Shown here piece after piece: positions 1 to 13,048 of a stretch of DNA of 64,000 bases. Numbering within the stretch: the first letter of the stretch is position 1; each line of letters begins with the position of its first letter. The notes beneath the pieces are model-generated. The model made no database searches and was not told the DNA's origin. It saw only the letters and a list, made by a program, of their open reading frames with translations. The DNA comes from Anthoceros angustus (Eukaryota > Plantae > Anthocerotophyta). The stretch is from assembly GCA_010909165.1 (NCBI GenBank), contig MU008154.1, positions 795,478 through 859,477 of the forward strand, read 5' to 3'. A program made the position numbers and the translations under genes.

Positions 1-1484
1 CATGGGTGAGCGGCCTAGGGTGGGGCGCTCAGTGGAGAATGAGGAGAACTTCTCGGGGATGAGATCCGCCATCAGGCTCGCACCTGATGGCGGATGAGAT
101 CCGCGATTAGTACGGGTTCAGCGGTAGAGTCAGAGGGGCTAACTCCGCCCTTTGCTCGGGTGGTGAGGAGGCGGAGCGAGGCCATTCTGTCACCAATTGC
201 ACCGGACTTTGCAGCGCGTTCCGGCGGGGTCGGTGGAATCGCCTTGTTTTCTAGGCTCTCGGAGGTGCGGTTCGAATCCTCCGGGTGTACTGGACTCGCG
301 CTCGGCTCCCGATGGTGCTGCGTGTGGCCGCCGCGTGCGCGGCCTGCGGGCAGAGGGTGGTCGGGGCTACGGTGTGCCGGCCGGTACATGTGATTGAGGT
401 TGTGCAAGAGGTGTAAAATGAAGCCAAGTGTCCGTGGAAGGGGTTTTGTGCAAGATTGGCTGCAGGAGTTCAATCTAAGAGTTGGAGATGAAGCAAAGAA
501 GTGGCAACATGTGTACAAGGAGAACGAGGAGTGCTCTTTAAGGGTGAGCAGTCAGGAGGGCTGCAAGTGGAGGCCACGATGGTGGAAAAGAGCGATGAAG
601 AGATTGCGAAGAAATCGCAATTTGGAGGAAGGAGAGGTGGCACACAAGAATGGTGTGCTGAGAAGGTGTGTGCGCTAGAGCCCAGGAGTGAGGATGGCTC
701 TATGGTGACGTGTATGAAGGAGGATTGTGGAGAAATTACACCTCAAGGTGTGTTTGCAGTGGAACTGCAAGAAGGAGTTTCGACTGATTCTCGGACGACT
801 GTGGAAATTGCTGCCAGGAATCTGCAGCAAGGTGAGGAGATCGCTGCTAGAACCTGATCTGGGGCTAGACATGAGGCTAGGGAGCATGGATATGAAGGGG
901 TGGCGATGACGTCGATAGATGCACAGGTCGACGGCCTGCAGGCACGGATGCCTGCAGCATCGACGTTGCAAGAAAGAGCTAGTTTTGTGAGCCGAGTTGG
1001 AGGCGAGGCTATGGCCACAACACAGACATCCACTTGTAAACAAGCTAGAGGGAAACGGTGAGGTGTACATGGGAAGAGGAGGTTAGAACATGGACTCCCA
1101 TGTCCGCGTTATTTGTTGAACGATGTCTTGCCGCAACGATTGCTTCATCCCTGTAGGCACACCATGAGTGCTCCAGCCACTACAGCATCGAATTAGCATG
1201 GCCATGGGAGGGCATATGTTGCTGGTAGCTTGTTGCCCGTAATGTGCTTGCACCACTGCAAGACATGGCTGTGTGGAGGTTGACGGGTGAACTTTGAAGA
1301 GCTCCTGCTCAGCTCCCTTGGGAAACGAAGGTCATTGTGGAGGTGCTGAGCAATGAAGGTGTGAGGAGTAGCAAATTTTCAAAGACCCCAGCTCGTCAAG
1401 ACCTGCTAGAGGGAGTCACGATCATCCCTGCCCAGTCATGTTGGTAGGTCTGCAGGGTCTGAAAGGGTTGTAACAGCTGGAAGT

Positions 1485-2487
1485 GTGAACAAGCTATGTC
1501 ATCAGGGGCATCTCACTCAGTCTGTGGAGGCGTTAGGAGTTTTGGTGGAGACAAAGTGTTGTGTTCCCATATCTCTCTTGCAGATTGTCCTCAAAAAAAT
1601 GTTCAGTCAAGAAAGATCTTGCTCTGAGTCGCCGGGTGCATGCTTTCACGGTGAGAAACGGGTATCCATCGGATATGTTCTTGTGCAACCACATCTTGCG
1701 AATGTACACTTCTCATGGCAGATTACAAGAAACGATGGATGTGTTCGCCGTCGCCCTCATGTGGACTTCCATAATCTCTGCACATGGTAGACACGGGCAA
1801 GACAAGCAGGCCATACAACTGTATCATTAGATGCGCAGGTCTAATGCCAATCCAGATGGCCATGTATTGGTGGCATCACTTCAAGCTTGTGCAAAGGGAG
1901 GAGACTTACAAAGTGGACAGCAGGTGCATGCTGATGTGTTGGCCGGTGGCGTTGAGCCTGACTACTTTGTCTCCAGTTCCTTGGTGGACATGTATGCGCA
2001 GATGTGGCAGCATTGCATATGGGAAGGCAGCTACATGCACAGATTCAAGGACAACGACTTCAAGCTGATGTACTTGTAGCCAACAGTTTGATAAACATGT
2101 ATGGGAACTCGGGGAGCATGATTGATGCTCATCAAGTGTTTGAGGTATTGCTGGAAAGAGACCGTGTCACTTGGAATGCACTGATTGCAGGATACACGCG
2201 ACAAGGAGACAGTACTTTGAGGCCATGAGCAACCACATTGTGAAGCACTTCACACACATGGTGGATCTCCTGGGTCGTGCAGGCCGGCTGGACGAGTCAC
2301 TAGCTCTGTGAAGCTGGACAAGCAGGATGCAGCCGCATATGTGTTGATGTCGAACATATACACCGAAGCACACATGTGGGAGCAAGCACAGGAGGTGCAA
2401 GCGAGGCGAATAGGAATCAAGGCATGGAAGCAGCCAGGCCACAGCTTTTGGACAGACATGGAGGAATGGTGCATACTTTTCTGGTGG
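1485..2487 (+). pseudogene. PLS-class pentatricopeptide-repeat (RNA-editing factor) pseudogene with E domains and PG box; DYW domain lost
   Basis: PPR motifs (DMFLCNHILRMY, WTSIISAHGRHG, DYFVSSSLVDMY, VANSLINMYGNSG, VTWNALIAGY), HFTHMVDLLGRAGRLDE, E2-like AAAYVLMSNIY and PG box AWKQPGHSFWTD. In-frame TAG at 1828-1830, frameshifts and missing repeats. The true start may lie upstream. Confidence 0.9.
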
Positions 2488-2499
2488 AATTCTGGCTGA

Positions 2500-2765
2500 A
2501 CAAGGCTCGATTCAACATTGTTCCGGAAAGAAGGAAGCTTCTCTCGTCACAAAAGCTTTGCATTTAGAGGAGGCTGGAGGCCATTATTCTAAATCAAGAA
2601 AGCTGATCCCGGATGCACGCCAGGCCACGGCGGAGATGTGGGATTTTGTTCGGGATTGTGTGATGCATGCCAATGGGATGGGAGGCTGACTTTGTCGTCA
2701 CAGTGGCCTCTCACTTACATCTACCTTTGGCACCGTTCGAGAAGTGGGGCTTAGAATTTGTGGTG
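2500..2765 (+). mobile_element. Ty3/gypsy integrase fragment (HHCC zinc finger and start of core)
   Basis: Across frameshifts reads H..EAGGHY...DFVRDCDACQ...QWPLT..LPLAPFEKWGLEFV, matching the integrase at 29350-29560. Confidence 0.75.
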
Positions 2766-3998
2766 ACCACCACCAGGGCCCGGACTACCGCGGGCCACAC
2801 GCCGTAGTCCCGCCACTACCCGAGTAGGGCGGTACTCACGGCGGACCCGATGGGGAGCCGACCGGCCCCGGCTCGAGGCGAAGAGCCGGGGTCCAGCAGC
2901 ATGCCCCCTGGAGGAGAAGACAGGAGGTGGGAGAAGCAGCCCCACCGGAGGAGATCAAGGACTCGGTCTCACCGCCGAGGAAGGGAGGGTGAGAAATTCT
3001 CACCCCACGAATAAGGGAGGAGCTGTGGCGTGGAGAGGAGACCAACGCCAAGAAGGCCGAAGGAGTTAGTGGCAACATCGGGTCAAGAAATGGGGAGGAT
3101 CTTTGAAGACATGCTTCATGATAGTATGGACAAATCAAACAAAGATGAAAGGAGCAAAAAGGATCTCAACCCCAGGGGCCATCACCGATGAGGAAGGAAG
3201 GAAGGAAGGGAGAAAGGGACCAGACTACCATGGTAGGGTCACCCCTAGACCGCCACTACCGCGTGCCGGTAGAAGGAGCGCGGCCAGGCGGCGGAGGCTG
3301 GAAAGAAGGGCGCCCGAGCGCGCAGAGGGGGGCGCAATTACCCACATGATAAGAGGAATCAGGGCGCCGCCCCGCGGAGAAGGAGGAAGGGGCAAAATGG
3401 TACTTGCCCCACAAAATAGGAAGACGACAGAATCTGGGAAGGGGCAAGAGCAAAAGGAGGGCGAGGGGGCCAATCCACAAGGGACGACCCCAGCAAGATG
3501 AGGACTAGGTATGGTCAAAGACCATAAATGATGAGTGGAAGAATAGGGAGGATAGCTGATGTAGACTGACATTCTTTAAGAATGATCTTAGGTGAAGTAG
3601 CTAGAATAGAATTTATCTAGAACCAGACAGTAGACTTAGATGCCAGGTCTTAAATACTAGCGGTAGGAGACAATAAAATATTGGAAAAGGTGACCTGCAG
3701 AGGGTCACCCAAGGGAGGTTGTATGTGGAAGGCCTCCTATAAGAGGAGGAGGATTCACAGTAAAGTATCACGTCTTGCGCTTCCATACTCGCGAGTCCTT
3801 TGCCCTTGTAAAGGAATTTCGTGTCACTGTGAGCCAACGCAGATCCGGGTAGAGAGGAAGTCGCGATGGTCGAGTGCTTGGTGGAGGGCTTGCTCGCGCA
3901 ACGAGTTGCTTCCTTATGAATGGTTGCCGTGAAATTGCTTTGCTTTGGGTGTGTGGCAATGCCTGTGGAACTCTCGAGGAGGTAGACTACAAGTGGAG

Positions 3999-4272
3999 TG
4001 ATAAAATAGGGTGTTGACCATATACACACCTAGAGTAAAGGGTTTAGGGTTTAGCCTTATCCATGATTAAATGAAATGTATACATATATACATGTAGCGA
4101 ATAGACATAATGTTTCGCTAGGGTTAGGACTATTAGTGAATAGCCACACCCGTTCGTAAAGTTAGTTTAAGTTGTCTTTTCACATAAGCAAGTTACTCTC
4201 TTTTTCTTGATTATCTAAGATGTAATCTATACAAATTGTATAATTGATTTACATTAGCCCTATATTTTGTTA
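3999..4272 (+). repeat. 5' LTR of copia-like element (TG...TA termini)
   Basis: Direct repeat of 9216-9489 with 3 substitutions seen by eye; contains GGGTTTAGGGTTTAG. Confidence 0.95.
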
Positions 4273-4284
4273 TGGTATCAGAGC
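4273..4284 (+). promoter_or_regulatory. Primer-binding site, initiator tRNA-Met
   Basis: TGGTATCAGAGC directly after the 5' LTR. Confidence 0.95.
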
Positions 4285-6524
4285 GTGCTGATGTAGATCG
4301 CATTAATGAGAATGCACATTGTGCCGTGCATTGAAAAAGATGCACGAGCACACAAGTTTTGTATTTTCTTGAACAGAAAAGAAACCAAAACATAATCAAG
4401 AACTGAACTTTAGAGTTGTAGAATTCTAGTTTTTATAAAAAAAATACTAGAAGATGCAAATTAAGTGCATTCCTACATCAAAAGTTCTTAGAAAAATAAT
4501 AGAAGCTGCAAATTTAGTGCATTTCTATATCTACAATTCAGGCCATGTAAGATGGTCAATTTTGTAGGCCATGATGATTGGCCAAAATGGCAGCCTGGGT
4601 TTTGCTGACATTATGTCTAGGAGAAGAATTGAGCTGCTGCCCAAGGCAAGGCATCTTCGGCCTAGAGCATCTGTAATGTTATATGGTTTTCGTGAACAAA
4701 GAATGCAAATAGATAATCGAGGGAAATTAAAAATGCAATGATTTATGCATCTTAATGAGAAACATCGATTGCATTCGCTAAAACTCAAGGCTTGCCGAAA
4801 TTGGGTCGACACACATTCGATTGCAATAAAAACCCTAGAGGTTTCATCAAAATACAATCAGTCAAGTATGGCTCTTTGAGCATGCTAACTAAAAAGATTG
4901 GAGAAACATACATGGATTCTTTACATGAATTCAATGATCTGAATAGAAACGTGCTCAGAGTGAGTACAAATAGTCAGGGGAAAATTGTGCATATGGATTG
5001 CAATTTGTTGGCGCTGCTGGAATCCGAATTCTTGAAGGATTCACTTCAGCACATTACAATGCAGATACAAGTGCGCTGGACTCCCAGAAATCACAATTTT
5101 GACACGCCAAATTTTTGTTTCTCCTGCTACATACATAATAAATTGGAAAGCAAGAAGATACATCTCAGGGACAAGCTTGCTGGACCTTGCTATGTGGATG
5201 CTCCCTTTTGGTGGGTGCTGATCCACTGGTCAATTCTGACATAATAATTGTTAAGCCTGCAGCATGGCTGCAGAGGAGGAACAACTTGACTTAACAGATC
5301 AAGACAAGCAAGAAGCTGACTTTTAGGAAGATTGCTTCAGTCTTATATCTTCAGGTAGTTCGTTCATTTGCAGCTGATAAAAAGAGATCCCTTCATAATG
5401 GGCGAGACCTTTCTCAATGCTGGCAATGAATTCAAGAGCAAAACACAAGTTGATCTCGATGAAAGGAGTCTTATTAAGACTAAGAATCTTTGCATCATCA
5501 ACACTACAGCAGAAGCCCTGTCTTCTGTTATTTTTCTAGTTCAGAAGAAAATACATAGACAGCCAATCACGAAGAAGCTATGTACTTTCTCAGTAATAGT
5601 AGACCATCTGTCATGTTTTAGTAGACAGGTGGGGCTAAGTCCACTGTGGACAAGATTGGAGACTCTGCACTCCAAAAACAACATGGCATCAATGAGAAAT
5701 CTCTGTAACAAGAAGTAGGGTGATTCTGCCTAGCACAATGATAATGCGTTTGGAGCATCAGCTGTTAGATACAAGAGTTTTTTAGGGGAAACCATACAGG
5801 GTGACGATCCTGACATAGGTCTTCTAACCTCTTTACTAACTTTTACCAGCTGGGTGTTGTGAGAATTTGTATGGAGACACCAATGCACATGGCAGTTCTC
5901 GATGCTGTCATTCTCCACCAGCAAGTTGGTTACATATTTTACATCTAACACATTTGCTCAAGGCCCAAGACACAATGCGGATCTACTAATTGCGGGATTG
6001 GCGATCTAGTGGAAGTCTGCCGAAAGTCGACATAAGTAGGTACCTACGACGTCAAACATCGGGTTTGGCACTTCTCTAATGGTGAAGGCGCAAGGCGAAT
6101 TACCATATTACTTTCGGAAGGATGCTCGGGAGGTCTTTCCTCGGTGTCAAGGATTTGACACTTCTCTAATGGTGAAGGCGCAAGGCTGAACTACCATATT
6201 ACCTCCTAGAAGGATGCTCTCAGGGAGGTCTTTTCTACAGGAGAAGTTTATACAACAGAGTATAAACAATAAGGAGAAATTTATACAACAGCGTATACAC
6301 ATACTCCGAGTTAGGTGTTTACATTTGTGGTAAATACCCGCACTCTTGGAACGTGATTGAAGAAAGAAGCAATAATCTGATTCTCGCAATGAGAGCACCT
6401 TTGTTGATCTCTCTCACGTGGTAGTCAAGAAGAGTTGGGCTCTTGTACTAACCGGTAGCTCGCTCCCTACATCTTCCTCCACCCACATGCCTCAGATCCG
6501 CTTTGGATTGGAAGACATTTCTCA

Positions 6525-6712
6525 CATACAAGTCAATTAAGGACATGTATTATTGCCTAGGGGACGCAAGGTCTCTTACCTCAATTGTGACATATAGGTC
6601 AATTGAGAACATGTATTACAGCCTAAGACGCGCAAGGTCTCTTAGCCTTTTTGTGACATGTATCTGTCAGTCAAGGGTATGAAATTGACTTAGGAGACGC
6701 AAGGTCTCTTAT
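6525..6712 (+). repeat. Three degenerate ~65-bp tandem units (core CGCAAGGTCTCTTA) inside the copia-like element
   Basis: Core at ~6565, 6632 and 6698. A separate ~90-bp duplication lies at ~6069-6235 and a ~53-bp one at ~4448-4532. Confidence 0.8.
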
Positions 6713-9215
6713 TTTGTAGGGCATGGGTACAGTGAGCTTGACAGTAACATCTGAAGTCACACACCTTCTCAAGGAATTAGGTTACATACCTGATATGACA
6801 CTTTACCTCATTCCAGCATTTAATGAGGACAGTCCGTGTCATGGTCTGTCACTATAACAGAAAGTGCCCTCTGTTAGAATCTTTTGACCATAGAGGAGTC
6901 CTTGCCTGGGTCCTACAACCTTTCCTGCAATATTGCTCTGGATGCTAATGATGCTTGTCACCGCTCTATCATGAGACACCAAGCCATGTTCAAGACTCAA
7001 GTCTTCACGCCCAGTGGTTGAAGTACTTGAACTGTTACCCATCAATTTTTGTGGAAAGCCACGAGTGGTGGTCTATGTTCCGGATATTTCCTGATGAGCA
7101 CAGATGATAGAAGTTATTTTGTCACATCTCATAGTTGAAGAATCATGGAGCCCTATATCTCAATGCTGCAGAGGATTTTGATCCTGCAGGTGGGGAAGGA
7201 GCACATGACTGAAGTGCAGGAACATAAACCTCCAGCAGAATTTTTCACAAGATGGAAAAGAACACCAACCTGTTTTGAAGATCATTTGGATCACAAATGA
7301 TTTCTCATGATGTTGATGATCATGATCCAGCTGAGAATCATGATTAAGAAATTGAACTCAGGGCAGTGCCACCCAGATCACACACGAGAGCGCCATAGTC
7401 CAGATTACCTTTTATATACGCTTGGATATAATTGCTCATAGGTGATGACCGACAACTAACCTTGATCCGACCGAGCTTCAGATTCTTGAAAAAGGTGTCA
7501 AGCAGACTTGACCACGACCAGTGCATGGGAGCAAGCAATCAAGTCAGGTCTTTTCTAAGGGGTGGCCCTTCAGCAGGTACTAAAGGGCAAGAACAGTCAG
7601 GGCAAGAACAGTTATACCGATCTGTTAGCTCAAAAATCTGAACTAACCTAGAAAGGGTCTCTTCAAATTGTTGTCTTGGATTTTGTATCCAAAGGACCAG
7701 AACTAGGAGTTCCTAACTCCACTGCAGCCAAGATACACTCTTGATGGTGCTAATTAGCCCTGGCTTGCTGATAAAAAACCAGCTATTACACCTTTGCCTA
7801 GTGAATCAGACTTTGCGAATATGTATTTCTCCTAGTTGGAAAGGGAGATGGAAGGATCAAAACAGCTAACATACCTCCTTGCAAGATAGGCAGCTAGAGA
7901 GCTAATTTGTGTTTTATGTATACACAACCACACGTATCAGTGGCGACCATCTTTATTGGTCAAGCAAAGCAACTGATTATAGCTTTGTTACGAAAGCTGA
8001 GTGTTAGATACTCACCTGCCATTCTGGAGACACAGGTGCAAATTGCAATAAGGGATTCTTATCCTGCCCAGCACCACAAGTCAAATTGATAAACAAGTGT
8101 TAGACTTATTTGCTTTCAACAAACAAGGTTCTACTCTCACATGAAGAATATGGAACTCAGCAAATACTAGCTAACAAGGCTCTTTTTGGAAAGAGCTGCA
8201 AGGGACATACAAGCAAGTGTAGTTTTTGGTAGACCTTCAAGTCTTTTCTGCTGTCTAATCATCCCAGAAATTGTTAGACTCCACAGAATCTTCCTGATGG
8301 ACATAGGAGTCATGATCAGGTGGAGACCCACTAGACGTCCTCTTCTTCAGCCTCTTCAGAATCCTCAGACCCTGATATTAGAGCAGTGGGAGCTAGTATT
8401 AGCACGTAGCATAAGCTTGGACAGCAGGAACGAAGTAAAGACTTCAAGAAAATCAAAGGAGGACAGCTTACTGTAAGCGTTGTCAACATGACAAGGGAAC
8501 TGCAGCCTGACAAATTTGCACCCTGACTTGGCGTATGACTATCTTGGTCTACTGTAGTATTTTCCCATTTGAAACCATAAGGATACAGCAGTGTGCCTCT
8601 CAGAGTTGACGTACTCAAACTCTGGCACCTCCGTCTTCCTCCTTACATAATCAGAGGGCTTAGGGCAGCTCTACTTCACATACATCCGTTTGGAAGAAAT
8701 GCTCATCTCAGCCTCTTTAGCGGCTTCTCGATGTTTCTCCAATACCAGCTTAGTGGTGCCATATGGACGGCCGCGAGGGCGTTTTCCTTTACTCAGCTGC
8801 AGATGCTGAAGCTGGAGTAACAAGGGCAGTTGTCCTAGGAACACAGGTGAACCTACCTAGTAGGCTATAATCGCGACCCTGACACTCCCTTTTGGTCACC
8901 GGCACCTCCTCATCAAAAGAGGACATTATTAGGTTGCTTCAAAGTAGAATCCTGTGAAGGAATTAAGCTTTCACACAAGCGCACACTCAATAAGTGCCAA
9001 GAAGAGATGAGGCTAACCTCTCCTCCACAGGTTCTTATATTGCCTTTTATCTTGATGGAACCACAGACCATGGAGAGTAATCCGCACTATGAGGCCTGGG
9101 CTTGCTAATTAGATGCTAGGGAGCGTACTCATAGACGCGAGCTCTACCTACTGCAACATCAAGGTGGAGATGCGAAACGTCAACAAGAGAATGTGAATAT
9201 GGCAACAAGTGGGAG

Positions 9216-9489
9216 TGATAAAATAGGGTGTTGACCATATACACACCTAGAGTAAAGGGTTTAGGGTTTAGCCTTATCCATGATTAAATGAAATGTATAC
9301 ATATATACATTTAGCGAATAGACATAATGTTTCGCTAGGGTTAGGACTATTAGTGAATAGCCATACCCGTTCGTAAAGTTAGTTTAAGTTGTCTTTTCAC
9401 ATAAGCAAGTTACTCTCTTTTTCTTGATTATCTAAGATGTAATCTATACAAATGGTATAATTGATTTACATTAGCCCTATATTTTGTTA
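9216..9489 (+). repeat. 3' LTR of copia-like element
   Basis: Direct repeat of 3999-4272, preceded by PPT-like AAGTGGGAG. Confidence 0.95.
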
Positions 9490-10117
9490 AAGACTCCCTG
9501 GAGGTTCTCGCTGTCTGGTGTCAAACTCATAGCAACCGGCCCAAGGAAGAACTTGCTGGTGTGTAGGCGGACCCCATGCAATTTGCCCTAAGGACGAGCC
9601 GAGGCCAGTAAGCCCGAACTGAGGTTAGAATAGGAGGAGGATGAGGAGATGAGTAGAGGATTAGAGTGTAGGACATAGTGGAAGGCCACAGTGAGCACGA
9701 GGGGCGAATCCCAAATCACTGCAAGAGGCGCTCACAGTGGAGAAGATTGGTCTTAGTAGGGACGAAGTGACGGTGTGTGGATCAGAGTGCCGCCGCAATA
9801 GACTTCTTGGTGCTAAGGCAGGACCCAGAATGTGTGTGTGTTGTTGTAGGTGAAATTGGTGATTTTCGGAGGCCGGTGCAAGTGGTGCAGTGCATAAGGA
9901 GGAGGATAGAGGACGCCTTGCTTATTTAGAATGCTGAGGTAGTGTGTCTCGGCAGGGTAGCGATTGTTTCCTCAAGACCCAATCTTTCACACAAGTCTCA
10001 TGGGGCCGAAAACCCAGCGTCTTGAAAACGACAATGGGACAAGTGTGGCCGCTTAGAGGGGAAGCCTGAATCCCGGGTTTTCCCTCCCACAGTCGTTGTC
10101 AAAGACGGGAGGAAGCG

Positions 10118-10597
10118 TTGCTAGATAAGATCTCGCCTTTGTTGATGCATTGCTTGATTGAAATTTGTGGTCGCTTTGGGCAGTTGCTTGCGGTGAGTCA
10201 AGATCCCACAATGGGTGTGAAGGAAGGCGATCGTGGGAATCCCCAGACGTGGGAGCGAAGGAGGCCGGTGGAGGTAAATGTGGTTGAACTTGTTGATTTG
10301 GGGGCACCAGAAATTGAGATTGAGATTGCAGGTTGCTTGGTACCTAATGTGCCATTGGATTGGGGTTCTGGAGTCAACTTGATGACGGAGGAAACAGCAC
10401 ATCACCTTGGTTTCACCGAGTTTAACCCGATCCGAGTATTCTTGAGGATGGCCGACCAAACGAGGAAACCCTTGGGGGTTGTTGAGAAATGTGCCAACTG
10501 TGATTGGTGGTCTCACATTCCATCTTACCTACATTGTTATGAGGCCAGTGTCAGATCTAGGCTACAAGGTTTTGATAGGCAGGCCTTGGTTGTATGA
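10118..10597 (+). pseudogene. Ty3/gypsy aspartic protease remnant
   Basis: IEIEIAG..VPNVPLDWGSGVNLMTEE...LRMADQ...PLG, homologous to VPLDHGSGVNIMTE at ~28400. Confidence 0.8.
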
Positions 10598-10799
10598 AAA
10601 CGTGTCTTTGATTTTAGGTCGTTTGACGCGTTTAAGTCATGTAGGGTAGGGCCTGCTGAAGTTGCTTTTGTGTCATGGAGCAAGGCGCCCTACAAAGGGA
10701 GCAGGTCAGATGGGTACACCTGTAGAATGCAGGGAGTAAGCTCTGTCGGAGGAAACCGGGCAAGGCTTCTAAGCCACACTTATCCCAGCCGTAAACCCC

Positions 10800-12535
10800 G
10801 TCGTTGGGTTTCGTCCTATGAGACTGTGTGAAAGTTCGAGGTCTTGTGATAGCGATCGCTACTGCAGTGACACAACTTCTCGGCCTTCCTAAACAAGGCA
10901 CCCTCTACTCACCCTCTTCAGGTGCACCACTTGCTTGCTCGAAAAACTACCAATTCTCAACCTACAGCGACACACATTATGGTCACCTTGGCGGAGCCTA
11001 TCACAGGCGCCCAGGACCCCACGATCCACACGCAATTTTGTCCCTACTTCTAAGACCAATCTTCTCCACTCGGGGCGCCTTTTTGTGCAGTTGGGATTCG
11101 TCCCTTAGGCTCTGGCCTTCCACTAACACCTACATTTCTAATCCTCTACTCATCTCCTCATCCTCTTCCTCCTATTCTAACCTCGATTCGGGCTTCTTGG
11201 CCCGACTCGCCCTTACGGCACTGCACAGGGTCGGCCTCCACCGACAAGTTCTTCCTTGGGCGGTTGCTATGGGTTTGACACCACGGCGAGCACCTCCAGT
11301 CTTTCACATGGATCAACCTCAAGCCAGAGTTCACAGGCATTGCCACACACCCAAAGCAAAGCAATTTCACACAACCATTCACAAGGGAGCAACTCGTTTA
11401 GGCGCTTGCGGAGCAAGCCCTCCACCAAGCACTCAGGCACGCGACTTCCTCTCTACGGACTGCGTTGGCTCACGGTCACGAAATTCCTTTACAAGAAGGA
11501 CTCGGGGGTATGGGCGCAAGACATGATACTTTACTTTGTGAAATCCTCCTCCTCTTATAGGAGGCCTTCCACATACAACCTCCCTTGGGTGACCCCTCTG
11601 CAGGTCACCTTTCCAATATTCTATTATTTCCTACACTTGACATTTAAGACGCATCTAAGTCTCTTACGATTGGTAAATTCTATTCTAGCAACTTCACCTA
11701 AGATCATCCTTAAAGGATGTCAGCCTATCTCACCTATCCTTCCTATTCTCTCCAAGTTCATTTATGGCCTTTGACCATACCTAGTCCTCATCCTGCTGGG
11801 GTGGTGACGCGTCTCCTCTGGATTGGCTCTCTCGCCCTCTTTTTGCTCCTGTCCCCTCCCCAAATTCAGTCTTCTTCCTAGCTTGTGGGCAAGTACATTG
11901 CCCCTTCCTCCTACTGGTGGCGCCTTGGTTCTCATCCTCCGGCAATCGCGCCCCCTCACTCGTGTCTCGCTCTTGACCTCCCCGCTTTGGTCGCGCTCGG
12001 TCCATCACCCTACGCGGTAGTCAGCGGACTACGGTAGTCGACTACCACCATGGTAGTCTGGTCCCTATCTCCTTCTTCTTCTTCATCGGTGACGGCTTCT
12101 GGGGTTGAGATCTTCTTGGCTCCTTTCCTGTTGTTTGGTTTGTCCATACCTATCTTGGAGCATGTCTTCAAAGGTTCCTCCCCCATGGCTGACCGATGTT
12201 GTCACCTCGCTAATGCCTCCGGGCCTTCTTTGCGTTGGTCTCCTCTCCTGGCCCGGGCTCTTCCCTTACTCGTGGGGTGAGGGAACTCCTTACCCCTCCC
12301 CCTTCCTCGGCGGATCTAACTCCGCTCTTGCTCTCCTCCGGTGGGGCTGTTTCCCCCACCACCTCACTGTCCTCCAGGTATGCGGACCCCGGCTCCTTCA
12401 TCCAGCCGAGGCCTCGGCCCGACTCCCAGGCTCCCGCTGCCCTACCCGGTGATACCTGCGGCGTGGTGTGGTTGTCCAGATGTCGCGGACTACCGTGGTA
12501 GGGTGATCACCTACCATGTAGTGTGACCCCCTGAC
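10800..12535 (-). repeat. Family-1 Ty3 LTR (3' LTR of a minus-strand element)
   Basis: Inverted, diverged copy of 2766-3988 plus 9491-10030; purine tract AGGAGGGGAC upstream on the minus strand (~12541-12550). Confidence 0.75.
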
Positions 12536-12791
12536 GAGTTGTCCCCTCCTTACTCTCGCGCCCTCCCTCTCTTGGCCTGCCTCTCCTCCATCTTGACTCC
12601 CAGTTCTTGAGTCCATGTCACTTGTGGCCTCATCAAAATCACAGGCCTCACGGTGCACTGTTGCTCCTTCTGTCATCATCTGAGGACCCAATGTCCTCCT
12701 CTTGGCCAATAATACCTCGTTGTTGGCCTTCAATATCTATTGTTGTGAAGATGGGCCCAAACTATGATATTGCATTTGGAGATCATCCAAC

Positions 12792-12919
12792 TCATTGGGC
12801 ATTCTCCATCTTCACCCCTACCCTTGTAGGCATCGCCTTGAGGTCCTCACCAGAATTCTCCACCTTCTTGTGGTGCTCCTCCTCTGGGACCTCCTCGCTC
12901 GAGGTCCATAAGGCCATTT
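12792..12919 (-). pseudogene. C-terminal piece of the family-1 accessory ORF, displaced by the DNMT-PHD element
   Basis: Joining 21914 to 12919 gives in-frame GLHNTGEMALWTSSEEVPEEEHHKKVEN..., alignable to CLDGTGSYLWV...QELTEEEY...EEVEIL in the Athila-like LTR ORF. Confidence 0.7.
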
Positions 12920-13048
12920 ACGACGCATAGCGACATGGCGGATGCCATCCTATCAAATCACCAAAACAAAAAGTCTTTTAACTACTTGCTATCAACTCAT
13001 AACCTTGGGCCACATCGTCATCACCACCTCTCACTGCGTTTACAAATG

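Larger units (their letters stand above)
3999..9489 (+). mobile_element. Ty1/copia-derived LTR retrotransposon with decayed interior, probably non-autonomous
   Basis: 274-bp direct LTRs, iMet PBS, purine tract before the 3' LTR. Faint remnants in copia order: gag-like (KKIGETYMDSLHEFNDL ~4890), GAG-pre-integrase-like (PLWTRLE ~5641), RT-like (QVRSFLRG ~7540), RNase H-like (~8580-8820). Confidence 0.8.
2766..10030 (+). repeat. Family-1 Ty3 LTR (about 1.75 kb: ~2766-3988 plus 9491-~10030), split by the copia-like insertion
   Basis: The two halves are colinear with the reverse complement of 10800-12535. TATA-like CTATAAG near 3738. Ends approximate. Confidence 0.8.

Noticed and set aside
394-900. 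Possible gag remnant (WLQEFNLRVGDEAKKW)
   Set aside because: One weak motif with no supporting domains or termini in the window.
1828-1830. PPR stop codon repaired by U-to-C editing
   Set aside because: That editing is organellar; this is a nuclear locus with further frameshifts and deletions.
4040-4054. Telomeric repeats GGGTTTAGGGTTTAG (also ~9257 and a degenerate form at ~58186-58215)
   Set aside because: Only about two units inside LTRs; telo-box-like motifs, not a telomere or fusion site.
6525-6712. CRISPR-like repeat-spacer pattern
   Set aside because: The 'spacers' are similar to each other, the context is eukaryotic and there are no cas genes; it is a degenerate tandem repeat.
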